DNA of 64,000 bases from Felis catus (Eukaryota), in NCBI RefSeq assembly GCF_018350175.1, contig NC_058368.1, positions 186,622,001-186,686,000 on the forward strand. Direction: 5' to 3'. How positions within the stretch are numbered: position 1 is the stretch's first letter; each line of letters opens with the position of its first letter. Shown here piece after piece: positions 13,539 through 25,525 of this stretch. Both the position numbers and the translations under genes were made by a program. The notes below the pieces were generated by a model. That model ran no database searches. It had not been told where the DNA came from and was given only the letters and a program-made list of their open reading frames with translations.

Positions 13539-13605
13539 GACCCATCAGTGAATCCTGAATCTCGGGTTGACGGTCTCTTCTCTGTTGTTTCTTGTCTTTT
13601 GGATT
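13539..13605 (-). other. Candidate 67-nt internal exon (gene unknown)
   Basis: Minus strand: ctctgctcttccag|aatccaaaagac...gatgggtc|gtaagt. Purine-rich, retains CpGs, and two of three frames are open (NPKDKKQQRRDRQPEIQDSLMG or ESKRQETTEKRPSTRDSGFTDG). Confidence 0.35.
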
Positions 13606-14068
13606 CTGGAAGAGCAGAGTTTTTCATTACATCTTGTTAATATCTGAAGCCAACTTCTCTGAGTCAGTATCAGTTATCTTTCTAATTGGAGAAATAATGA
13701 AACATATTTACTTAGATCTCACATAGACAAAGAGAGAGAAAGAGATTTCTCAATGTGTATTCCTGGTTTTCTCTCTGAACACGATTCCTAATGCTAATAT
13801 TATGTATTCTTTGTTGGCTATGATGTTAAGTTTTCCATTCCATATGAAAATTCAAAATATATATTTTAAATAGAACAAGGTTTTATTCCACACTGTGAAA
13901 CTACTTCGCATTTGACTTACTTACTCCCACCCACTCTTACCCCCAGGAGAATATCTCAATGATAAAAGAAACTAAATTAAAGCTGTTTTCCACAAAGAAT
14001 ATAGCCTACTAATGCTTCTTTAATATCACAGATTTTTAAAAATCTGTCTTGTTAAAATGACCCTCCAT

Positions 14069-14099
14069 TCTCTCTCTGCCTCTCTCTCAGTCTCTCTCT

Positions 14100-14196
<97 letters not shown>

Positions 14197-14212
14197 ACAC
14201 ACACGCACACAC
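14069..14212. repeat. Compound (TC)n(AC)n microsatellite
   Basis: Seen directly; explains the ORFs at 14026-14290. Confidence 0.95.
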
Positions 14213-14869
14213 ATGAGGGCATGGTTTGCCATTTTTTAACATATGCTCCTGCTTTACAAAGTTAGTTGAAGCAAACTTGTCAAATGCCAAAGTGTACAGT
14301 ATGAAAATTTCAACAAAATGTCAGGAGAAATGGGAAACCTAGTGAATTTAAGAAAATCTGTCATAAAGATTGCATTGCATGTTTCTTTCTGCCTAACTTT
14401 GGGTGACATATGGAAGTTTAAAAATATAACCTAATGATGTGTCTTTATGGTAAGAAGTTTATATAACCTAATTGCCACAAAACTGTCATTGCTGGTTAAT
14501 TTATTAGAGTAATAAGATATTGTACTGTTAGAACTTAGTTGGAATAAATTCTTCCCAACAACACTGATGGCCCCTGAACCATAAATTTTCTATTTTTGAT
14601 GCTTGTTTGAAACCTGAGAAGATGCACATGTGGGCATATTATTCTTTTATCCATTTTTCTTGGAGCACTGGTATGGATACCATACCAGTGATCCAGTGAT
14701 AGGTATAAGTTAGGGACAGTGATAGGTGAATTAGGGACAGTGCTGTGAACCTTCTCTTATGGGAGAAGCCTAAGTGTAAAGGATTGGGAGGAAGGAAATA
14801 GAGACTAATATAAAGGCCTGATCATTTATGGGAAGTATGAGCCCTCAGATTCCACCCGAATGCTAGCTT

Positions 14870-15250
14870 TTTTTTTTTTTTTTTGGAAATAACCTTAGGT
14901 TCACAGAAAAGTTGCTAAGATAGTACAGAGAGTTCACTCAGGATTTTCACCTAGCTTCCCCTGATGTTACTATTTTCCATACCATGATAACATTTCTCAA
15001 AACTGAGAAATCAACATGGGTAAAATCCTATTGAATAAACTAGTCTTCATTAAGATTTCATCAGTTCTGTTCCAGAATCTAATCCACGTGTTGCATTTAG
15101 TCATCATGCTTTGTTAGTCTCTTTTAACGTCGCAGTTTCCCAGCCTTCTTTTTTATTTCATAATCTCAGAACTTTGCAGAGAACTTACTAAATATTTTCA
15201 GAATGTCCCTCAGCTTGGGTTTTCCTCGTGTTATATGTTGTGATTAAACT
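14870..15250 (-). mobile_element. L1MB/L1MC-type 3' end (antisense)
   Basis: Poly-T followed by ggaaataaccttaggttcacagaaaagttgc...tagtacagagagttc. Confidence 0.75.
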
Positions 15251-16565
15251 GGTCCACCCAAATATTTAATCTTCTTCCATAAGAAAGTGCATGAAATCCA
15301 ACAGTGCTGACTTGAAAGCAGGAAAGAGCAGGGCTACATGACCATATTTGACTATGTAAAAGCCAAGGTGATTAACTGGAGTAATAGTCTATTAGTTTAA
15401 ACATTGGTTGAAAATTTACCATATAGATATTTATTTCACACACAAAAATAATACCAACAATATGTCCCAGACACTGTGCTTTATATACGTTGCCTAATTT
15501 TATTGTCAAAACAACCTATGATTCAGGTGTTAGTAGTATTATTACTGTTATTATAATTATCATCATCATCATCATCATCATCATCTTTGAGTTGAGGAAA
15601 TTTAAGCTCAGGGAAAGTTAAGTTCCCAGTAGTACAACTCAGTACTGTCTGTGGAATGCATCCTTAAACCTATGTCTTTCTGATTCCAAATACCTTACTA
15701 TTTATTCATTAAACAGTAAAAATTTAACTATGTAATTCGTTACCCCTTCTCTGAAAGAAGCCCATGTGTTCCAGAGGTGTATTCCAGAGGTTTTTAATTG
15801 AGTTATCCCAGATATTGATATTATATTGGTTAAAATTTTTATGGAAACATTTCTTTTATGGATATTGGTCAAAAACATACTCTAAAACATTCCTTCATCC
15901 CCTCTGTCTTCCTCTCTCTCTCTCTCTTCCTCTGTCTCTCTTTCTCCCATCTCTGTTTCCTTCTATATATAACACACACATACACGCATACATATTACAG
16001 ATATGTGTTTGTACATAAGTATCTATATGTATCTGCAAATATAATACTCGATATGCGATCTATGAAAAATCATGCTTTCTAAACAAATCTCATTAATTGG
16101 TGAAATTTTGTATGCTTCAGTGCCAAGATGATATTAGTCAAAGTCTACTTTTTTTTTTTTTTTACACTTTTGACATGAGTTAGTAGAAAGAAGGAATTTT
16201 AGGAGTATATTTTAGAAGTTTAAATATCTACAGTTTTGGCACGGTGCCACCTACTAAATTAGATGGTTACAAATTATTAAACTATAACTTATAAAGGTTT
16301 GTGCCTTAATTTGGATGCACCACATTCTGGCATTGTTCCCATTGTCTATTGTTATAACAAAGTGCACTAAATTGAGAGTTACTTATTATCTAGTTCAACA
16401 ATTCAGTTTTAAAGATAAGTAATCAATATCTCTAAGGTCATTAATCCGGTTAATGACAGAATCATGGCTAGAATGTTTAGGTTGTAAATTCCTTCCTCCC
16501 TGATATTCTAAGATTCTGAAAAAATAACTCGAGCTAAGTATTGATTAAAATAAAGTTTTCTAATT

Positions 16566-16585
16566 TAAAATTTTTTCACGTTTAT

Positions 16586-16625
<40 letters not shown>

Positions 16626-16794
16626 CATGCGCACAGGGGAGAGGCAGAGAGAGGGAGAAAGAGAGAATCCCAAGCAAGCTCTATGCTGTCAGCACAGAGC
16701 CTGATGTGGGGTTTGATCTCATGAGCTGTGAGATCATGACCTGAGCCAAAATCAAGCGTCAGAAGCTCAACAGACTGAACCACCTAGGTGTCCC
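16566..16794 (-). mobile_element. Carnivore SINE
   Basis: Full body with (GA)n tract; short TSD tctaatt. Confidence 0.95.
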
Positions 16795-17322
16795 TCTAAT
16801 TATATTTATTTTGCACATATGATTATAAGAGACCTATAGTATATTATGTGGGTATTATATGTGATTTTATTTCCATTTTTACCATAAATAAAGCAAAACT
16901 ATATATTCATGATTAAGGTAGTTAATCAGCATGTTGCCATTGAAGGCTAAATATTTGGTGATACATTAAGCTTTATTTAATTATTAGAGATATTTTTAAA
17001 ATCTAAACATTATCTGATTTTATGAAGGATGTTGCATAGTGGAAGAATGATTAAATGCATAGTGACCAATATATCTCATCTAGAGTTAAAATTAATAAAA
17101 AATATGTGCCAATAAAAATGTGATTTATATAATAAAAAGCCAGCATCACAAGCAAATTATGTGTCTCAGTTTGAAAAGTGTTGATAGGCTATAAATAATA
17201 AATTTCTGAATAATGAACCTTTAAATGGTTATTTTTAATATATCAATGGACAGAATTTTAAAACCTTCTTTTGACATCTTTGATGAATGATATCTTGAAA
17301 ATATTTTCTACTGAATCTTTCT

Positions 17323-17539
17323 TTAAATTTTTTTTTAACATTTATTCATTTTTGAGAGACAGAGAGAGACAGGGCATGAGTGGGGAAGGGACAGAGAGAG
17401 GGAGACACAGAATCCAAAGCAGGCTCCAGGCTCTGAGCTGTCAGCACAGAGCCCGACGCAGGGCTCAAACTCACCAACCATGAGATCATGACCTGAGCCG
17501 AAGTGGGACGCTCAACCAACTGAACCACCCAGGTGCCCC
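17323..17539 (-). mobile_element. Carnivore/felid SINE
   Basis: TSD tctactgaatctttct at 17307-17322 and 17540-17555. Confidence 0.97.
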
Positions 17540-17569
17540 TCTACTGAATCTTTCTGAAATGTTTTTTCA

Positions 17570-17830
17570 CAAGTCGGAATCAAAGGGTGGGTGACTCCTA
17601 CATGACATCTATAGATACTTCGAGCACCTAATAAAATCACTTTCGAGAAATACGTCTTGAAACAGAATTTCCCACTATTGCAAATCTTTTCATGGATTCT
17701 TGGAATTATGGCCAGCATTTTTGCTCCGAGTGGAATAAGAGCAACTTGAAAATGAACGACGTATGTATTTAGTTTGTAATCAGAAATCGTAGTTCGGTTG
17801 TCTGTGACGTGACAAACCTGCGTTTCGAAC
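17570..17830. promoter_or_regulatory. CpG-retaining AT-rich element; candidate germline-hypomethylated promoter or constrained sequence
   Basis: 12 CpGs in ~255 bp of non-repeat, AT-rich DNA (none seen in 16800-17320); cggttg (MYB-like) at 17795-17800; tgacgtga (CRE-like) at 17805-17812. Confidence 0.35.
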
Positions 17831-18659
17831 TCTTTCAAAACCTGCTTTGGCTTTTCTGTGCCAGTTTTATGAGGCTGAGTTGAAATTAAATCCTTAAAGC
17901 TGTTAGGATTTATGTATTAATATCTCCCTAGATTTAATTATGTATGGTTCATTTAAAAAGTGGCATTTGAAAATCTCTAGACGTGTTAGTCTTTAGTAGT
18001 TTATTTATTTAAACTAACAGTTTCTTATATCATGTTTTATTTGATTTTAGACTTTTTAAGTACTTTTACCTATATAGGTCTCTCCTAAAGAAAAATCGTT
18101 GACATGACTCACATCTATTGCACAGGGTTAATTACCTATTTCAGCACAAAAATAGAAGAAATGTGAGCAGTTATTGGCCTTAGGTTATATATAGATTTTG
18201 TGTGGTATAGATAATCTACAGTCTTCATACAGCTAATTTGTACCAATGAGTTGTTAACACATATGCTCTTTGATTCTATGAAATCCTTCAAAGGGCTAGT
18301 TTGACAAAAATATTTTGACATAATAGAAAAGTTTCAGTTTACTCTGATAACTTCAAAGGATACATTTTCAACAGAGTGAAGTAGGACACATCAGGCTGGA
18401 GGATGCCTTAAGTGAATGTAGCCTCTCAGGTTCCCAGTAGATTTGGTGGTATTAGTACTTCACCTGTCTCTGGTGAGAGACTGTCAGGACACAGGAAGCC
18501 CCATGCTGGGATAAACAAACCTGCCATACCAACAACTCCAACATGATCAACATACACTGCTATGTGTATGCTCTGCAAATATGTCAGTAATTCACAAAGC
18601 TAAGGGCAGAGTGAGCATGGTAGGCTCAGTGAGGGAATACAATACCACAGGATTAGAAA

Positions 18660-19560
18660 ATGGACATTTCATTTATTTTAATTACAAATATCACATTTGA
18701 ATTTGATTGTGATATATAAATATAAATATACAAAGTATAAAATTTCTTTATCATCCCTCCTACAGCATCAATAGATTATATAGCCCCTCTAAAACTTTTT
18801 TCTATGAATACTGTTTTGTGACCACCCCCTCAGGACTGTATGCATCATGAGTATCCTTCAGTGTCAATGCTAATAGGTATCACTCAATTTTTTTTTTCAA
18901 CACTTGCCTAGTATTGCATCATATGGATGTGCCATAAATTGTTGAATCATTACGCTGTTGATGAACCTTTATGTCTTCCCTGAGTTTTCATTATCATATA
19001 CAGTGAAAGCAGTGAAAAGCACAGTTTACCTGTCTTTGCGTTCTTGTATTCCATAGCATATTGGGTTAGTAGAACTGGAAGTGTTGGTTGAAAGGGATAT
19101 TTCCATTTAAAATATTTATAAATAAATTGCAAACAGTATATTTTATCAATATTTAACATTTTTTGCAGTCTGATTGGTAAATACTGATTTCTCTCATTAA
19201 CCTGCATTTTTCTATGACCACGAGTCAATTTGTGCATCTCTTCAAATATTTATCAGATAGTGATGTTTTTCTTCTATCAATTTTGGTATTATGCTAACTT
19301 TTCTTTTTGAAATGTTTTATTTTCTATTTGGGAAACGATAACCCTTTGTTTCACATTTATAAAGACTCTTTCATCTTGTCATTTGTCTTTTCATTTGGTT
19401 TATGGTGAATTGCATCATAAAGAAGTCTAATTTTTTATGTGGTCTAATCAACTGGTCTTTTGCTATCTTGCCTTTGGGTGTGGTTTTATGCTTATAATAT
19501 TCTGCTACCCAAGAGTAATGAATATGTTCTTATATAATCTTATATATTCTTTAAATATAT
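18660..19560 (-). mobile_element. L1ME-type fragment (antisense)
   Basis: tagtattgcatcatatggatgtgccataaatt..., tttttgcagtctgattggtaaa..., tttatggtg...aagaagtctaattttttatgtggtc. Confidence 0.7.
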
Positions 19561-20160
19561 TGGTATAGCCCTATATTTCCATAACAAGTTAAGCTTCTTA
19601 AATTCTTTGGCAGAATTCTAAGTGCTGGTCAGCTTCCCAAAATGTATAAAGAATAGTCCTGTGTATTCTCAATCAGAGGAATGGAAGGAGTTGGCAGGCC
19701 ACATTTTGCAAAAATGTAGTGTATTGGGGTGCCAAACTTCATATTTTAGTTTCCTGTCTTTACTATAGAGATAGTTACATAATATTAAAAACTATTAAAG
19801 CTTTTACTGTGGTGTTAAGTCACAATAAAGCCCTTTAGACTGGGAGATTTTAGGGGGAGAATCATGTCACTTTTTAAAATGTTAGCAGAGATCACAAGCT
19901 TAAATAAATCTATGAGGGCCACTTAGGTTAAGTACAAACCTCATATGGGTGAAAATAATGATTGGGTAGGTCCATTACGTCAAACCACAGATTTTAGTTT
20001 TCTAGCGGTTATTTTAGAAGAATATTTAGACATGAAGGGAGAACAGCTTGAGCTGAGAGTGCTCGAGCTTGTCCAGTGAAATCCAGGGATCCACTCAACT
20101 TCTGAATATAAGTTTCTTCATATTACATCTCAACACTCACAGAGAGACACAGACCCAGCC

Positions 20161-20161
20161 G

Positions 20162-20200
<39 letters not shown>
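20161..20200. repeat. (GC)5(AC)n alternating purine-pyrimidine tract
   Basis: Seen directly. Confidence 0.95.
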
Positions 20201-20203
<3 letters not shown>

Positions 20204-20209
20204 ATTAAA

Positions 20210-20740
20210 AGCTAATTATGTGATAGGCACTGTTCTAGATTCTTTACTTGACTCTCTCGCTTGATCCTCATAATATGGAACTAGGAACTGACTATTCTTT
20301 TCCTTGCTTTCTGGGTAAGGAAACAGAGGTGTAAACAAGGTAAATCACTTATGTAAACTGGCACAGGTAGAAGTGAGGGAGGCAATTTGGACACTGGCAT
20401 TTTGATTCCAGAGCCCAGGGTATCACCCCTGCACAGACCATGCACCTCCTTACAACTCCACTCCAGAAATAAAAATAAATAAATGAAAATGACATAGGGA
20501 ACACTTGTGTAGCACTTCATTATTTTGCAAGATAATTTCACAATCTTAACACATTTAATTATCCCAGCCATCTGCTCAATTCCCCGAGGTTAACTTTATT
20601 ATCCTGGATATATGGACGGGGGAACTGAGGCACAGAATTTTTAAACATGTTGTCAAAGGCCACACAAAAATTAATCTCAGACCCCAGCATAAAACACAGA
20701 TTTGTATCTTTCCAGGGTGATAATTCTACTCTCCTTCCCC
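20210..20740. mobile_element. Two MIR fragments
   Basis: aaggaaacagagg...ttgattccagagcccag and ggggaactgaggcacaga...tcaaaggccacac cores. Confidence 0.75.
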
Positions 20741-21073
20741 ATAACAACAGCAAAGACCACATTGGAGTAACGTGTTTAAAACATACCAAGATTTTTAAAA
20801 TGTAGCAATAGAAGTGTCAATATAGCAGTGGATTTATAATTTAAAGTGGGTTTTTGCACACAGTGTCTTTAGACTCAACTGCCTTTTATTGGAAGATAAT
20901 ATTGAAGAATTAAGTGTATACAAGAGACAAAATTTATTTTATTTGAAAATGCATAAAATGGAAATATGCTCCAAGCTTATTCCAGATTTGACAGAAAGGA
21001 CACTTCAAATTGAAAAATAGAGGCTCCTCTAATCGCCACATGTTCTCCAATTCTTCCTGTGCTGCTCTTCAAA

Positions 21074-21278
21074 AAAATTTTTTTAAGTTTATTTATTTAT
21101 TTAGAGAGAGAGCGCGCAAGTGGGGGAGGCACAGAGAGAGGGAGACAGAGAATCTCAAGCAGGCTCCACACTGTCAGCTTGGAGCCTGATGTGGGGCTCG
21201 AGCTCATGAAACCTGATCATGACTTGAGCTGAAACCAAGAGTCGGACACTTAACCGACTGAGCCATCCAGGCGCTCCT
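21074..21278 (-). mobile_element. Carnivore SINE inserted in an L2 3' fragment
   Basis: TSD ctgtgctgctcttcaaa at 21057-21073 and 21279-21295; L2-like sequence continues to ~21685. Confidence 0.95.
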
Positions 21279-22927
21279 CTGTGCTGCTCTTCAAACTGGC
21301 TGACTCCTTTTCTCCTTATTGTTTTTGCAAATGCTTTTATCCCCTCCTTCTGGGATATACTTCCATAGCCAACTCTCACAGCTTCACCTGACTTATTCCT
21401 AACCACATAGCTTAAATGTCCCTTTTTAAAAATAAGTTTTCCCTCACCAATCAAATTAACTAAGCCCCCTTATTATTAAGGCTTTTAGTACCAAGTACTT
21501 TTAGCTCTTCTTGCAATACATAATTATGTATTTATTCTGGTGTTCATTTGTTTAGTGTCTGTTTCCTCATTATTCTCCACTAGGGCATGGACCATGTTTA
21601 TGTCACTCAACATTCAGTATCTAGTGGTTAGCACAGAGCATGATATAGAGCAAACAATCAGTGGTTATTTGTTGACTTAATAAAATAAAATACTTTTTCT
21701 TTCAGATTTTATGAGTGTAAGCATTCTTAAACTACTGAATGCTAACAAGCTAAGATCCATTTCCCTATTTTCTATTTTGCCACCAAGAATCTTGCCTCCC
21801 TACCTAAGAAGGAAACAACCTTGAAATACCAAGGAAAATGTAAAATGACTATTTCAAGCATCAGTAACCAAGATTGTTTCTGTTTGTTTCATAAAGAATT
21901 TTCTAAATGAGAGGGCCTTTCCATGTCATCGCTACTGAGAAAGAAATGAGATAAAGGTTGCTGAAACATGTATTTACAGAGAGATGTTCATGAAAGATTT
22001 TGCATTAAAGACTTCAAAAATGATTGATGTACTAGAATTCAGTTGGGAGTGGGTGCGAAGCACATAGAGATACAGTTGACAGATATTTGCATCTGGAGTA
22101 GAAGAGAATATTTATCTCAGCTTTTTTTATGGGGACTCTTAGATTAAGAAAGACTAGAGGAAATCTGAGACCTTGAACTTCCTGGAAAAGGTTACAGATG
22201 GTCAACAGAGAGATTCCAACTGCAGCTGGGGATTTCTCATTCTGTAGTTGACTTCATGGGTGTCTAGACAGTGGTCCTGGGTAAGAATGTGCAAAGGGGC
22301 AACAGGCTAATTACCATTTTGGGAGTAGAAAATCAGGAATACAACTTAGAGGATGAAGGAAGAAGTCACAGCAAATGTAAAACTGTGTAATCTCACCTTC
22401 TTTTACTTACTGTCCCAAACAGTGTACATCAAGAGACAGTTCTCTCCCCAACTCTCAGAATAGGGATATTGAGTGGAATGCAAGTGGAGAATATAATCTC
22501 TCTGAGGAAAGGATTGTGTTTGTCTGGATTACCCAGTACAAGGCCCGCCCTATAGTAATTATTGTATAAACATTTGGTGTTGAATTAATAAAACTCTCTA
22601 AGAGATCATCTCTTAACCATATCAAAACTGAATTTATATCATTGGCACATGGATGATGCTATTAGTAAATAGGCATTGGATGAATGAGTGGATGAATGGA
22701 TGAATAAATGAATGAAGGTGAACACTTATCGTTACCACAAGAGAAGTTTAGGGCAAACTCTCCACTTTTCTAAGTCTTAACTTAGAATACAAACTGAGAA
22801 GCATGTTCTCTTCTACTCCATACCCAATTATACACTTCCATATGGCAGGTGAAAATTCCAGCCACCCATCTATATTTTATAGTTAAAAATAATAAGAGGT
22901 AGGGCCTTTGAGTGACAGTGACATAAG

Positions 22928-23567
22928 ATGTCAGACACCATGGGCTCAGGAGTAAAAGTTCCTCACAATTTTTGACTGTTGGAAGAATGGGAAGAAGGCC
23001 AGAAAGGAGTAGGAGATGGCACAGGTAGCTTGAATCTAGAAGATGATGAAGACATGACACTTAGAAGATGGGCAGGGATGATAACTGGGCCTCCAAGAAC
23101 AATTTGTGAAACTGGATATACAGTCACAAAATAGAATCGGATCTAAACGCCCAGAAGCAACCCCCTTTGTAATATTTGTAACAAAAATTAATAGGAATGG
23201 AGTTAATAGTTCTAATGGAGTGGAGGACCCAAGAGCCATATCATTGTTAGCAAATGGCAGAATTCATATAGCATCAAGGTTGTCCTGTAAGAGCTCTGGC
23301 GCCTAATGATGTCTAAAGAAAACCTGAAACTCCCTCAGCCACCTGAAGGACAGTGTTACAGAAGTTAATCAAAAGGAAAAACCATAGGCATCCCACCCCC
23401 ATTCAATTTAAGTAGTCTTCATTTTCCCTTCATTTTCTAGATACGTCTCATAGACCTCAAAGTACTGATAAGGAAGCTCCCATTCAAAGGCAGTTTATGT
23501 TAAGATACTGTAAATGATCCTATTTTTTCATGCATTTGAAATATATAAATTGTGCCATAACAAAAAA
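22928..23567 (+). pseudogene. UBE2V1: Processed pseudogene (retrocopy) of ubiquitin-conjugating enzyme E2 variant 1, 147-aa Uev1A-type isoform, with partial 3' UTR
   Basis: Frame-stitched translation from ATG 22928: [60 protein letters not shown]/../[81 protein letters not shown]. This matches UBE2V1 (C-terminus PPEGQCYSN; UBE2V2 ends PPEGQTYNN). It is intronless. CDS span 22928-23368 is 441 nt = 444 minus three 1-nt deletions (~23111, ~23138, ~23253). Premature stops are TGA 22973-22975 and TAA 23288-23290. About 200 nt of UBE2V1-like 3' UTR (recalled) ends in a short A-run at 23562-23567. Confidence 0.95.
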
Positions 23568-24054
23568 TAGATGTATAGGAAAAAAGATGTCTCTAAGAAT
23601 GTATTCTTTATTTCACATTTATAAAGTTAGCTTTATAGTTGTGTTAGCAATTAACCTACTTCATGTCTTTATTTATCTAGCTGACCACACGTTTTTCTAA
23701 GGGAGTGTTTCTTGAATTTGGAGAAACTGACCCTTATCAGAATTTTAGAACTACTCCCATAAATCATCTCCCCAGAAAAAGGCATGAATATCCTTTAACA
23801 AATTTTTGCTTGTAACCTAAGAGCTTTTGCTAAACCCTTGAAGGCTCCTGTGTACCCCAGGATAAGAAACTTTATTATAATGGGAAAATTTTAACACCGA
23901 TTCCATATTTGATGTTATTATATATTATTGTTGTTATGTACTATTACATTGTGTTTATTTTTATAACATTATAACATGTTGCTATATTTTGGTGTTATGT
24001 TTAGGTGACATGGTATTTGTTTCAAAATACTCTGTGGTGAGTGTTGGATATAGG

Positions 24055-24260
24055 TTAGCACTGACCAATAAAACATTCTGTGATGATGGAAGTGTTCAAC
24101 TGTTTTGTAGAGTTATATTGTCCAGTATGATAGTCACTTGCCACATGTGGCTGTGGGGCCTTGAAATGTGACTGGTGTACATGAGGATCTGAACTTCTGT
24201 ATGTTATTTAGCTTTAATGGATTAACAAGTGCAGACATATTTTACTGGGCAGTACGGTAA
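24055..24260. mobile_element. MER3-like hAT-Charlie element
   Basis: gcactgaccaataaaacattctgtgatgatggaagtgttc...gccacatgtggctg...ttgaaatgtgactgg. Confidence 0.75.
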
Positions 24261-24484
24261 CAGATCAACATAGGTGGAATGTCAAGTGATGACCTTAAAG
24301 TTGGGACTATGACTGTTATTGAAACTGTTATATATTTGGAATGGTCCATAATAAGCCAGACACAGAAGGACAAGTACTGTATGATTCCTCTTATACAGGG
24401 TATCTGCAATAGTTGAATAGAAGTAGAGAGTAGAACGGTGGTTGTCAGAGGCTGTGGGTTCGGGAAACTGTGGAGTTCATTTTT

Positions 24485-24700
24485 TTTTTTAATTTTTTTA
24501 ACGTTTATTTATTTTTGAGACAGAGAGAGACAGAGCACGAACGGGGGAGGGTCAGAGAGAGGGAGACACAGAATCTGAAACAGGCTCCAGGTTCTGAGCT
24601 GTCAGCACAGAGCCCGACGTGGGGCTCGAACTCGCAGACCGCGAAATCATGACCTGAGCCAAAGTCGGCCGCTTGACCGACTGAGCCATCCAGGCGCCCC
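24485..24700 (-). mobile_element. Felid SINE
   Basis: TSD gtggagttcattttt at 24470-24484 and 24701-24715. Confidence 0.97.
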
Positions 24701-24836
24701 GTGGAGTTCATTTTTAACAGGTAAAGTATTTTAGTTTTGCAGGATGAATGAGTCCTAGAAATCTGCTGTGCAACATTGTGCCTATAATTAACAGCACTGT
24801 ATGGTACACTGAAAACTGTCTTAAAAGGGTAGAGAT

Positions 24837-25084
24837 GGGGCTCCTGGGTGGCTCAGTCAGTTAAGCGTCTGACTCTTGACTTCGGCTCAGGTCATAATCT
24901 CATGGTCATGGAATTTGTCCCCACCTTAGGATCCATGCTTATCATGGAGCCTGCTTGGAACTCTCTCTCTCATCTTCTCTCTGTGCCCCTCCCTCACTTG
25001 GATACATGCTCTCTGTCTCTCTCTCTCTCTCTGTCTCTCTCTACCTCTCTCTCAAAATAAACATTCAAAAAAGAAAAACACAAA
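24837..25084 (+). mobile_element. Carnivore SINE
   Basis: TSD gtagagat at 24829-24836 and 25085-25092. Confidence 0.95.
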
Positions 25085-25214
25085 GTAGAGATCATGTTAC
25101 ATAGTCCTACTACTATTAAAAAAATAGTAAGAATTTTCTAAAATTAAACAAAAATAAGAAAAATTAGAGGGAAAAACACTTGAATAGACAAATGAAGGAG
25201 AAACAATTAAGTCT

Positions 25215-25350
25215 GGGGCACCTGGGTGGCTCAGTCAGTTGAGCATCTGACTCTTGACTTCAGCTCAGGTCATGATCCCAGGGTTGTGGGATTGAGCCCT
25301 GCTCAGGCTCTGCACTGAGTGTAGAGCCTGCTTAAGATTCTCTCTCTCCA

Positions 25351-25415
<65 letters not shown>

Positions 25416-25461
25416 GCCCCTCTCCCCAGCTCATTCACTCTCACTCTGAAAGAAAGAAAAA

Positions 25462-25521
<60 letters not shown>

Positions 25522-25525
25522 AAAA
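25215..25525 (+). mobile_element. Carnivore SINE with (GAAA)n-expanded tail
   Basis: TSD aattaagtct at 25205-25214 and 25526-25535; tetranucleotide repeat at ~25448-25521. Confidence 0.95.

Larger units (their letters stand above)
24349..25125 (+). mobile_element. L1MA-type 3' UTR fragment carrying two SINE insertions
   Basis: aagccagacacagaaggacaagtactgtatgattcc...agagagtagaacggtggttg...ctagaaatctgctgtgcaacattgtgcctata...gtagagatcatgtta. Confidence 0.85.

Noticed and set aside
14026..14290. Overlapping low-complexity ORFs (VCVC/ERER/SLSL/THTH)
   Set aside because: Translations of dinucleotide microsatellites.
14680..14745. Short direct repeats (ttagggacagtg x2, ccagtgat x2); also ctattaaataaac x2 at ~39403-39434
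   Set aside because: Only two copies each, consistent with local slippage duplication; no CRISPR-like repeat-spacer array.
17275..17560. Possible box C/D snoRNA split by a SINE (TGATGA ... CTGA with cat/atg ends)
   Set aside because: Reconstructed length is only ~50 nt, the C box is imperfect and no guide is recognisable.
17540..17900. NUMT explanation for the CpG patch
   Set aside because: I recognise no mitochondrial gene, rRNA or control-region motif; not formally excluded without BLAST.
18136..18321. Minus-strand ORF ending at a donor-like ag|gtaatt, as an upstream coding exon for the 17.9-kb frame
   Set aside because: No frame joins without a stop codon.
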